A DNA stretch of 63,868 nt from positions 1 through 63,868 of the forward strand of contig NW_021832256.1 in the NCBI RefSeq assembly GCF_006345805.1. The letters are read 5' to 3'. Both the position numbers and the translations under genes were made by a program. The DNA comes from Octopus sinensis (Eukaryota). Below, one piece after another: positions 1-11,256 of the stretch; the stretch's first letter is position 1; every line of letters starts with the position of its first letter. The notes beneath the pieces were generated by a model. It made no database searches, was not told the origin of the DNA, and saw only the letters and a list, made by a program, of their open reading frames with translations.

Positions 1-268
1 TGCCATTCTATTGGACACTGGCTAAACATCACTGCTGATATATTTGTATAAATAGACATCATAAATCGCTGTATAGGCAGTTGGCTTTTTGGCACTCGAC
101 TGATGTAAATCGTGTCCCTCTCGCCTGCCACGCTCACCACTCACGCAGCCTCGAACCTTTGTACTGCTATTTCACGCCTGAAATAAATCGCTGTATAAAC
201 TTACACCTCTTGTCTGCTCGTCATTTCAACTACTGCTTTCGTCTGTCCAGTTTTGCTGATTACGACCA

Positions 269-440
269 CAGTCCTTTTCAGGGCTAATTCAAGTCTGATC
301 TGAATGCGATAACAGTCCATTTTAGGACTTCTCTCAGATCCGATCTAATTACGATAACAGTCCTTTTTAGGACTATTCTTGGATCGGATCTAATTGCGAT
401 AAACGTCCTTTTAAGGGCTACCCTCAGATCAGACCAGAAG
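269..440. repeat. Degenerate ~45-bp minisatellite, about 3.7 copies
   Basis: Unit CAGTCC-TTTTAGGGAC...GATC-GATCTAATT-CGATAA starts at 269, 313, 358 and 403. Confidence 0.8.
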
Positions 441-704
441 TAGTGGCCAAGAATCCTACCCGCTACATAGTTACACACTGGGGTCGATGTGATTGACTAG
501 CTCCCACGCAGCAAAATTCCAGGTCTTGTGCCTATAATAGGAAGGATTCTTATGAATGTTAGAAGTGAAGTAAAACGGTAAAAGTATTCGATTGCCGGAT
601 TAAATATTGCGGCGTTTGGATTTATGTCCCTTGTCTTGCCGTGGGTTTAATTTGTTAATTATGAATTAATTACTCTACCAAACATCAATGCACACTCACA
701 CACA

Positions 705-1027
705 ATGGCACTCCGTCGCTAACGACGACGAGTGTTCCAGCTGATCCGAATCAACGGAACGGCCTGCTCGTGAAATTAACGTGCAAGTGGCTGAGTACTC
801 CATAGACATGCATGCCCTTAACGTAGTTCTCAGGGAGATTCAACATGACACAGAGTGTGTCAAGGCCGGCCCCCTTGAAATACAGGTACAACTCATTTTT
901 ACCAATTAAGTGGACTGGAGCCAGGTGAAATAAAAGTGACTTGCTCAAGGACACAACGACAGGAATCGAACTCACGACATTACGATTGCGAGCCGAATGC
1001 TCCCAGCCACTGAACCACGTGTCTTCA
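705..1027 (-). mobile_element. tRNA-headed SINE, here called family B
   Basis: Minus strand has A/B-box-like head (GGTTCAGTGG...GAGTTCGATTCC) then GTGTCCTTGAGCAAGTCAC; homologous bodies at 26630-27290 and 29025-29340. Confidence 0.75.
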
Positions 1028-1029
1028 CT

Positions 1030-1187
1030 AGCCACACACACACACACATATGTATATACATGCATATTATACATGTATTAAATACACACACACGTGTGTG
1101 TGTGTACGTGTATTTAATGCATGCATAATGTACATGTATATAATATATATATATATATATATCTCTCTCTATATATATATATATATA

Positions 1188-1236
<49 letters not shown>

Positions 1237-1319
1237 TATATCTTCTCTGTATATATGAATGCTTGTGTGTATGTACGTGAATCAAGTGAACATTTTACAC
1301 ACACTTATATGCGTATATA

Positions 1320-1353
<34 letters not shown>

Positions 1354-1580
1354 CAGTCATATATATATATGCACACCCTGATATGTATATCTTATACACA
1401 CAACACACACACAATACACACATATCAGAGAGAGAAGGGGAGACGGGGTGAAGAGTAAGAGGGAGAAGAGAAGGAAAGGGGGAAGGAGAGGAGAGGAGAG
1501 AGAGAAAGAAAGAGAGAGGTTTGCATATGCAAATATATAAAGGAATATATATATGTATATATATATATGTATATATATAT

Positions 1581-1620
<40 letters not shown>

Positions 1621-1690
1621 TATAGGAAGGTGGCTGTATGCATTGATTGCTAATATATATATATATATATATATGTGCATGTAATTATGT

Positions 1691-1734
<44 letters not shown>

Positions 1735-2181
1735 TATGTACACATACATATATGTACATATACATGCATACATAAATACATACGTACATACATACATATT
1801 TGCATACATACACACATGCATGCATACATACACACACACACACACACATATACCCACACACACACACACATATACCCACCCACACACACACATGCTTAGT
1901 TATATCATCTGAATCTGAAAGAATCGTCTGATCTTGAAAGCGACTCCGGTCGAGTGCCCGACTTCACTGGAGGCAACTGCGCCATTTTCATCTCCCTTCC
2001 ATAATGGCCATCCCGAGGAAAGAAGAGCGACTTGGCTTCTTTCTCATTTTACGTTTGTTGACTCGAGATTGTTGCATGAGGTAAAAATGAGGCATGGATA
2101 ATAGATAACTACGTGGCGTGTGTAGATGTGTGTGTGTGTGTACGTGTGTGTGTGTGTTTTGTGTGTTGTGTGTGTGTGTAC

Positions 2182-2212
<31 letters not shown>

Positions 2213-2401
2213 GGTGTGTGTGTGTGTGTGTGTACGTGTGTGTGTGTTGTGTGTGTGTGTAGATGTGTGTGTGTGTGACGTGTGTGTGTGTGCGTGTACG
2301 TGCGTGTGTGTGTGTGTTGTGTGTGTGTTTATAAAGTGAGACAGCGAGGCGTTCTTTTATTCTTTGACTGGTTTTAATCATTAGACCGGCCCAGATATAC
2401 A

Positions 2402-2454
<53 letters not shown>

Positions 2455-2469
2455 TATACATATAATATA

Positions 2470-2528
<59 letters not shown>

Positions 2529-2680
2529 ATACTGCATACATGCATGTTTTCATTTTATGAATCTCTGCCTTGACTTCTGTGTATATGTGTGTGTGTGTAT
2601 GTGTGTGTGTGTGTTTGTGGTGGTGCGTGTGTGTGCGTGTGTGACTTCATTCGTATGTCTGTACACGTGTGTACGTTACT
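1030..2680. repeat. Compound (CA)n/(TA)n/(GA)n/(TG)n microsatellite region with a short unique island
   Basis: Direct inspection; the ORF-track calls here are dinucleotide-repeat artefacts. Confidence 0.9.
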
Positions 2681-2904
2681 GTTTTGGGACTAAAGTTTTT
2701 TAATTCTTAGCATATATTCACAGTTCCATAAAGACAACCTATAATTAGCATAAAATATTATAATTAGCCGTGTCCTTTCTGGTTTTTGTGACGCCCGTGT
2801 GCTCAAGACTGTGACATAGTTTGTTACATAACTAAGTGCCTGATGCGGAACTAGAATTTGTGCCACTCCTGGACTGTCCTTGAACGTACTCTGACCGTTG
2901 ATGA

Positions 2905-3200
2905 AGGACGGATTCGGCATCAAGAGTTACACAAATACTAGAACTGGGCGCCACTGCATAGTGCCAAGGACTCCAAATTTGCCATCAAGATGTAGGACAA
3001 GATACTGTGATAGCCTGGGCTTCAGAGGCCCACACTCTTCAATATCCTCCCGAAGAACCTGAGAGACCTGCATTGAGTGGATGCAGATGTCTTTAAAATA
3101 AACTGGATCTCTTCCTGTCAGGTGTCCCAGATGAACCATTCACGGCAGCAGGTGCAGATGAGGGCAGCTGCATCGAATCTCTCATGCACCAAATGCAATT
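2905..3200 (+). mobile_element. CR1/L2-like LINE 3' fragment
   Basis: Broken reading DSLGFRGP-LFNILPKNLRDL...DVFK..LDLFLSGVPDEP, typical of CR1-group ORF2 C-termini. Confidence 0.6.
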
Positions 3201-3303
3201 GCTAAAAGGCATTCGTGAGTAAATCATGTAGCAACACCAATGGCGGTACCCCAGCAGGCCACAGCTCGAGCTGAAACTAGATAAAATAAAATAAATAAAA
3301 AGA

Positions 3304-3760
3304 GGAGTGCTGTGTGTAAGTAGCTTCTAACCAACCACATGGTTCCGGTTCAGTCCCGCTGCGTGGCTCTTGGGCAAGTGTCTTTGCTATAGCCCCGTCC
3401 GACCAATGCCTTGTGTGGATTTGGTAACGGAAACTGAAAGAATGCTGTCGTATATATGTTAATATTTATATATTATATATATATATAAGATATATATATA
3501 TATTATATATATAGATATATATATATATATAATTGTGTGTGTATTGTGTGTGTTTTGTTTGTGTCTGCGTTTGTCCCCCTAGCATTGCTTGACAACCGAT
3601 GCTGGTGTGTTTACTCCCCGTCACTTAGCGTTTCGCAAAAGAGACCGATAGAATAAGTACGGGCTTACAAGAATAAGTCCCGGGTCGATTTGCTCGACTG
3701 AAGACGGTCTCAGCAAACCGCAGTCAAATGACCTGAAACAAGTTAAATAGTAAAAGAGTA
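3304..3760 (+). mobile_element. tRNA/CORE-like SINE family A with internal (TA)n(TG)n tract
   Basis: Head GGAGTG(G)CTGTGTG(G)TAAGTAGC...CCCACTGCGTGGC..TTGGGCAAGTG and tail GCAGTCAAATGACTGAAACAAGT; many copies in window. Confidence 0.8.
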
Positions 3761-3974
3761 TCTCCACTGCTATCATTTGGCAAAGAAAAGGACTTCGGTA
3801 CCCAAAGGGGTTGTATAAACGTAGATGAAGGGTTTGAGGAGAGCTGTTTGACGCCTAACAAACACTTCATTTTCTAATTCACGTATCGCTTCAAATGGAA
3901 AATGAGAATGGAGGATAGGTTGCTCTTTTCTAGCAAAGTTTGATAGCCGGGTGGATGTATGATGAATGGATACA

Positions 3975-4084
3975 TCGATGAATAGATAGATAGATCGATA
4001 GATAGATAGATCGATCGATCGATCGATAGATAGATATATAATAGATAGATAGACAATATAGAAGAGAGAGATAGATAGACAGAC

Positions 4085-4139
<55 letters not shown>

Positions 4140-4143
4140 AGAT
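3975..4143. repeat. (GATA)n microsatellite abutting the 3' end of Tx1 element A
   Basis: Direct inspection. Confidence 0.95.
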
Positions 4144-4521
4144 ATGTTTTTCTTTATTAGCCACACAGGGCTGCACACAGATAGAACAAATTACAAGGTA
4201 GAGCTTTTCTTTTGAAGGTTTAAAAAAAAAAAAAAAAAGGAAAGGGGGGATTCGATCAAAGGGATCGTAAAAGGAGAGAAAGAGGACAAAAAATGGGGGT
4301 TAAAAAAAGGGGGGAGAGAAAAAAAAATTGATCAATAGGGATCGTTATCACAGAAATGTCAATATGAAGTGTAAAGGGAGACAGGTGAGGTTTACCCGTG
4401 GAAAGAAAAGCCTACGGAAAGACCACGGTACCCTCGGTCAATGAAGTCACATTTATATTTCTTTTTTTTTTTTTTTTTTTTTTTTTGCAAATAAGCAAAT
4501 CTCTGTTTTCAATTTCTGGGT

Positions 4522-7500
4522 TCATAGGATTATGCTCAAGGTGGCTTCGTCATTCATACGTGCCATTCTTGCTACATTCACCCATCTTTTTTTAAAACAT
4601 TCGCTAGACAAAACTTGCCTCTCTACTCTCACTTTCCTTTTCAAGTGGTACTTGAAGAAGTTGATGAGAGATTGACCAGAGAGGAAAGTGTTTGTCTCCA
4701 ATCCTTTCAGACGCGTCCACCAGATACATTCTTTCGCCATAGCCACAAGGATGATGAAAATAGCTCTTCCTTCCCGTTTGAAGGAAGGAGGCGTGACAAT
4801 ATTGACGATAGACTCAGCTGATAAACCGACTCGTCCCACACGTGACAGCAGTTGTTCGACATAAGCCCACAGGTCGGAAATTGTTGGACACTGAACGAGT
4901 GCGTGCAGAACGGTTTCGTCGCTCTGACCGCATCTCGGGCAGGTCGGCCCCGTGTTTCTCGAGCCGTGTCTGTAGAGCTTATCCCGAACGGGTAGCGCTT
5001 CTCGGTAGCACTGCCAGGCCAGGGATCTCTGGAAGTTGTCCATGGGCCCTGGCCCGAAAGTCGTCCTGAACAGGCGGGTCAGGTACTCCTCGTCGACGTC
5101 CAGGTTCGCCCCGAGCTCGTCGTCGTACCTCCCCTCCACTAAACCCCTATAGAATGCTTTGGTTGTGTTGAAGTCACTTAAGGTCGACCCAGGACGGCAG
5201 AGTTGCTTGAGAGCAACGCGACACTCGCGGTGCCATTCGCCCTTCCTCGGCCTCTTTTTGATCCACGACTGCAGTTCGGTCATGGAGACGAGCTGCGGGA
5301 AAGCGTGCCTCACAAACGGCGACCACACCTGTTCACCGTCGTCTACATAGAGCCAGAGATGTCGCAGTCTCAGCGCGTGTCTGCGCATCATCAACCACGG
5401 CATGCCCAGCCCTCCTTTTAACGGGTGTTGACAGCAAATGGATCGCCTGACCATCGGGACGCATCCTTTCCACAAGAAGCGAAAGAGAATGCGTTGTAGT
5501 TTGGTGATGGTAGGGTCGGGACAAGGTACGACGGTCAGGCGGTAGTAGATGACGGACGCGATGTACGTGTTCGCCACCTCCGCTCGACCTTTTAGGGACA
5601 GTTTCCTCTCGGCCATTGCCGGGCGAGAGTGACCACCCTACTCGTTATCTCGTTCCAGTTCTTCTCCACTTGGAGGTCCGGACCAAACCAGACCCCGAGC
5701 AACTCAACCGGGCCGTCGGTCCAGCGTCCCACGACGGAGGCGCTGGTGGACGGCATGGGCTTGCTTCTCCAGGTGCCTAGTCGCAAGCCCACTGACTTTT
5801 CCCGGTTGATTTTCGCTCCTGTCACCGCTTCGTAGTTTTTCAGTGTCTCGCCGACCAGCTCGATGTGCTCGTGGCTAGACACTATGACGGTGACGTCGTC
5901 CGCGTATGCAGACACGCTCGTCCCGCATCCCAATTCTCGCGGGATGCCCCTTAGAGTCGCCAGCTTCCGCAGTAGTGGCTCAAGAGTCAATACGTATAGA
6001 AGCGCCGAGAGGGGGCATCCCTGACGGACCGAACGTGCAATGTCGAAAGGTCTCGATAGATGTCCATTTACGCGAATTACCGAACGGATGCCTCTGTACA
6101 AGGCAGCTATCCAGCCGCGGAAGACGGGACCGAAACCAGCCGCTCTCAGGACTGCCTCCAAGTATCGATGGTCTACCCTATCAAGGCTTTCGATTGATCC
6201 AAGTTGATCAGGGCCCCACCCATGCCAGGTTCGTTAACTACCCTGTCTATGATGTAGCGCATCAGATGGAGGTTGTCATGGATGGTCCGGCCTGGCACGG
6301 CGCACGTTTGCGCCTTGTCGACCAGTTTCTCGATGACAAGCGCCAACCTCTTGGCTAGCACCTTGGCCAAAATTTTCAAGTCTGCATTAAGCAGAGTGAT
6401 GGGCCTAAAGTTATCTATTACATTTCCTTGTTTAGATCTTTCTTCAGCAGTGTTACGGCTCCTCGGCTCACAAAACCAGGAATGCTCCCGTTTTGCTGCC
6501 AGTTGCAGTACACCGCCGCCAGAGATCTCCAAACAGTCTGGCATACAATTGTAAGCTCGTAGGTAGACCATCCAAACCCGGTGATTTGTCCCTCGAGCAT
6601 TCTGCCATCGCTTCCCGCACTTCCGCCGCCGTGATGGCACCTTCGCAGCACCCTGCCTTTCTTGTCGAGAGTCGTGGTAGGCTATGTAGGTAGGCACTGA
6701 AGTCCACCCTACGTTCTTGCCCTCCACTCGTTCCGAACAGTCGGGCAAAATGCTGCTGAAAGGCCTCACACATTTTACTTGGCTCGAGCAATTCGCGCCC
6801 CTGTTCATCTACCAGTGACCGAATGGTGGCTTTGTTGCCCTGTTGCGCCTCTGCCACCCGGGCCTCTCTCGCGGCTCCAACACCTTCGTTCCTTAGAGCA
6901 CGCATCCTAGCTCTGACAGCACATCCTTCGTGTTTGGCGTTGAAGTGTTGGTCGAGGGCCAACCTCGCCGCCAAAACGTCGGATGCGATGCCGCTTCTAA
7001 TTGCCTCTTCTAGCTTCTTAACTAGCTCACCCTCTACTCTATTTCTATCTATGGCTAGTGCTTTGCTGTACCTAATCGCTTCTGCTTTTACTGCTCTCTT
7101 GAGGGCAAACCACCATTTGTTGTTGATGATGGCTCCCGTCAAAGCCCTCTTTACTAGTGTGCTAATCCGGTCTCTGAAAACCTGTCTCGATGGGAAAGAC
7201 GCGTTTAGTTTCCAGTATCCGGGACCCTGCCTAAGTGTCTTACCTAAGTCTAGCGTACATGTCACAAGTTTGTGATCCGTGTAGCTGACTATGTGGAATT
7301 GTGGACATCCTATGCTATCTCTATCTACTGTCCTACACAGTATCCTATCTAGATACGATCTCGACGACCCGATGCGGTTGCTCCATGTCCACGTTGGCGC
7401 ATTCGGGTGGTCTAGTCGGAACCTGTCAGACAGTTGAAAGCGTCTGAGCAGGTCTCTGAGGCATTTGCATCCCCGTCTATTCCTATCTCTACCCACGTAG

Positions 7501-7952
7501 TCTACATGCGTGTCCAAGGTAGCATTCCAATCCCCCACTAAGAGTAAAGGACGAGACGTTCCCAAGAATACTTCTAGACGTTGAAAGAAATCCGCCCGAC
7601 CTGTTAAGGGCGGTGCGTAAACTGATACGAGTCGAAAAGCGCACCCATTGCTGCCGTCGACATCCAGGACGACCAGTCTACCCTCCGGGTCTACGAATAT
7701 TGTCCTTACTTTGAGATCCAGACTCTTGTGAAAAAGTACCGCGGTGCCACTACCGCCCATTCTCGGCAGACAGGGGGAAAAATAAATGTTGAACTGTCCG
7801 CCAAACATGGTCTTTAGGGCCCGCGGATTGTGGAGTCTGGTCTCACTTATGGCTATGATTTCTAACTTATGTGACTTTATGTCATTTAAGAGGTACCCTT
7901 GTTTCCAAGGGGACCCCAAGCCACGCGCATTTACACAACCAATCTTGATCAT
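4522..7952 (-). pseudogene. Element A ORF2: APE endonuclease + reverse transcriptase + zf-RVT-like motif, several frameshifts
   Basis: MIKIGCVNARGL, LLLVGDWNA, SYLDRI, SYTDHK (APE); FRPITLLNADLKILAK, VRQGCPLS, AYADD (RT); CPRCGQSDETVLHALVQC. Confidence 0.92.
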
Positions 7953-8071
7953 AGTTCTAATGAATTAGAATACAGAGGGTTACTTACTGCTCGAAAGTTT
8001 TTGCTTTCTCCTCCGTTGGTTTGTCCTCGAGAAGATCCCAGTACAGTTTCTTTGTGAGATATTTTTGGCAT

Positions 8072-9966
8072 TTACCAACCGCACTGGGGAAAATGCCTTT
8101 GAGTGTGTGGTGCAGACTTTTGGAGATGTGTAATATTTTGATGTGGTCTGGTGGTGTTGTGTATGGGTGTTGTTTGTTTTTTTATGTCATCTTCTGTTAT
8201 GTTTGTTTTTGATTGGATGTATTCCATCAAATTTGTGTTTTTGGTGTCTATGGCTGTGAGCATGTTTGCTGTATATGTTTTTGTGGTGTTGGTGTGGCTG
8301 TTGTTTGCGTTGGGTTTTGAAATGTCTTCGGGAGATGTATTTCCCCCTGCTTTGTTCGTGTTTGCATTTGGTTTGGTTGTGTTTCTGCTCTTTATTTTCC
8401 TTCTTTTTGTAGCTATTTGCCATTCCTCACTGGTTTCGTCTTCCGACGAAATTTCTGAGGAATCAGAAGGGGGTAGGGGTATGTTGTGGGCTTCTATGTA
8501 TGTCTGTGTAAGGGGTTGTGTGTTTGTTTTCGTTGTTGTTGGTTGTTGAGTGTTTGTGTGTGTTGAGTGCGGTATAAGGGATGGGGGATCAGTTTGTGTG
8601 TGTTTTCTTTGTTTTTCTGTTCCTTTGGGTTTTGCTGTTGTTCTTGGTGTTGGAATTGGTTTATTTGTTGTTGGTGGTGATGATTCTGTTCTTGGCGCTG
8701 GTGTTGGTGTTGTTTGGTTGGGTGGCTTGTTCTTGTTGTTTTTTCTGCATTTCCGCATACAGCTTCTTGACTAGCTGTCCATATTGTGGTGTGGGCAATA
8801 ATCCTGGCTTTTGTGATTTTTCCTGTGGCTGTTGTTGTTGTTGTAATTTTGCGGCAGATTTGCACTCCTTTTTGAGGTGTGCCTCACTGCCACATGTATA
8901 GCATCGTGGCCTTCTGCCCTCGACTACTACGTATAACTTGCGGCCATCCTCAAGATGTACGTGGGTGGGGATTTTATTTATGTCCTCTTGACTTATGTGG
9001 AAGAGGAACTCTATTCTCTTTCCCAGCCAGTCCTTGTTTTCCGAAACACCGATATCTAGGATGTTTAAGTCCTCCATTTCGGATGTTAAGGCGGATGTTA
9101 TCCACAGTGTTGTAGTCACTTGGGGGACACCACTGATAATGACTTTCGTCACCTTCTGGCCGAGGTAACTCGGTGTCAACGTTAGTTCATCAGAATGAAG
9201 GGTTATCGTTGAGAATTTCTTCGCCAACTCTTCATTCTGAAAAACCACCTGTACGTGTGCGAACTTGTTCGCCCAAGTCACACAATCCTTGTATCCCCAG
9301 ATGGGGCGTAAGCACTTTTCGACTTTGTCTGTGCTTGCCTTTTCTGGACTTTTAGTTTTTTATTTGTGATTTTATATACAATTGTCTTTTTTTCTCCTCA
9401 TTCAGTATGTGCTGAGGTATGTGTAAGAGTATTTTTCCGTTTTCATTTGTAATAAGGTTTCTGCAATCTTTAATCTGTTGTGTAGTAAACGAAACTTTTG
9501 TTACCTTTTCTTTTATCGCCTCGGCGAAGTTTGTTGTTGTTTTGTTATTGTTGTTACTGCCGGTGGTGTTGGTGTTGATGGCAGGGGTGTGGGTTGTAGG
9601 TTTGTGGTTGCTGATTATGCAACTAGCAAGGGGTGGAAAATTGCCTGCGTAATTTAGTCCTGCATTAGCGCAAATTTCGGCATTTCGTTTGCTGTCGTCG
9701 TTATTTTCCACTTGTTGGTGAGTGAGCAGTGGTTGAAGGGAATTGTTGGTTGTCGTCGTCGTCGTCGTCGTCGTTGTTGTTGTGTTGTTGTTGTTGTTGT
9801 GTTGTTGTTGTTGTTTTGTTATTGTCGTTCTGGGTGACGGCGGTGGTGTTAGTAGTATTAGTAGCATTGACGGCACGGTCTTTGGTGGCGGTGATGGTGG
9901 TGTTGGTATTGTTATTGGTGGCGATGTCTTTAGTAGGGATAGCAGTTTTAGTAGCAGATTCGCCAT
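8072..9966 (-). pseudogene. Element A ORF1 (gag-like, CCHC zinc knuckle, low-complexity T/N/Q), frameshifted
   Basis: RPRCYTCGSEAHLKKEC in ORF 8661-9281; lies upstream of ORF2; homologous to element B ORF1. Confidence 0.8.
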
Positions 9967-10394
9967 GGTGTTGTTGTCGGTGTTGGGGTGGACTTACTGA
10001 TGGTGTTGACGGTGCTTGGCCTTGCGACCTTTGTTTTGTATTTGTTGCTGTTGTCGATGTTGATGGTGGTGGAGGTGTGTTTGTTGTCACGTTCAGCGTA
10101 TGCTAACAGAGCATCCTGTTTTTCTGTCCTGCGTCACGCTTGACTTGCACCTCAGCCTCGTGGTGACCAGTGGCCATTTTGGAAATAAAATGGCTAAATG
10201 AAACCACGAAGGCTATGAGAATTTTTTCTTTTAAATTTTGCCCACAAGGCAAAATTTTGTGTAGATATTTATCAAAGGTTTGCAGTGGATGTGTTGCACA
10301 ACTTTTAACACAAAATATTTGTCAATATACACTTTTGAACGTATAAAATACCAACTTACGTGGAGCCCATTTGACTTGCGTCTGTCTGTCCAAG

Positions 10395-10488
10395 AGAGAT
10401 AGATAGATAGAGATAGATAGAATAATAGATGATAGATAGATAGTAGATAGATAGATAGATTATAGACAGATAGCAGACAGATAGATAG

Positions 10489-10519
<31 letters not shown>

Positions 10520-10893
10520 CAATAGAAGGATAGATAATAATAGATAGAATAGATAGATAAGATAGTGATAGACAGATAGCAGACAGATAGATAGATAGAT
10601 AATAGATAATAGATAGATAGATAGATAGATAGATGATAGATAGATTGAGATAGATAGATAGATAGATAGAATAGATAGATAGACAGATAGAGAGAGAGAG
10701 AGAGTATAGATAGATAGATAGATAGATAGATGATAGATATGATAGACAGACAGATGATAGATATATAGATAGAGAAGAGAGAAGAGGGAGATAATATAGA
10801 GAGGTATATACATTATATTATATATATATAGATAGATAGATAGATAGAAGAGAGAGGGAGATAAGAGGAGAGGTTATACATATATATATATAT

Positions 10894-10960
<67 letters not shown>
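10395..10960. repeat. Degenerate (GATA)n/(GA)n tract between the two Tx1 elements
   Basis: Direct inspection. Confidence 0.95.
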
Positions 10961-10961
<1 letters not shown>

Positions 10962-11256
10962 CGTTTTATTGTAGCCACACAGGGCTAAACACAGATTAAA
11001 AATGGACGAAATACAATGTAGAATTTTTTTCTTTTCAGGTGGGATGGGTGGGGCACAAAAAAAAAAACAACGTTTGATCAATAGGGATCTGTGGGGTTGT
11101 GTGGTGTATAAAAAGCAATATATATATATATATATAAGGTTCACAGTTTAGGTGTAGCCTTGGAAAGAAAAACCTACAAAAAAGACCAAGGTCACCTCAG
11201 ACAATTCGAAAAAGAACACATGAGCAAGTCGCCTTACTTCTCGTTGTCTCTTTTGG

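Larger units (their letters stand above)
4144..10392 (-). mobile_element. Near full-length Tx1/L1-clade non-LTR retrotransposon, element A (frameshifted)
   Basis: ORF1 with CCHC knuckle, ORF2 with APE, RT and C-terminal Cys motif; 3' end AGCCCTGTGTGGCTAATAAAG; GATA tracts on both sides. Confidence 0.92.

Noticed and set aside
1050-2703. YI/CV/HT-rich ORFs here and throughout the ORF track
   Set aside because: They are translations of (TA)n, (TG)n, (CA)n and (GATA)n microsatellites.
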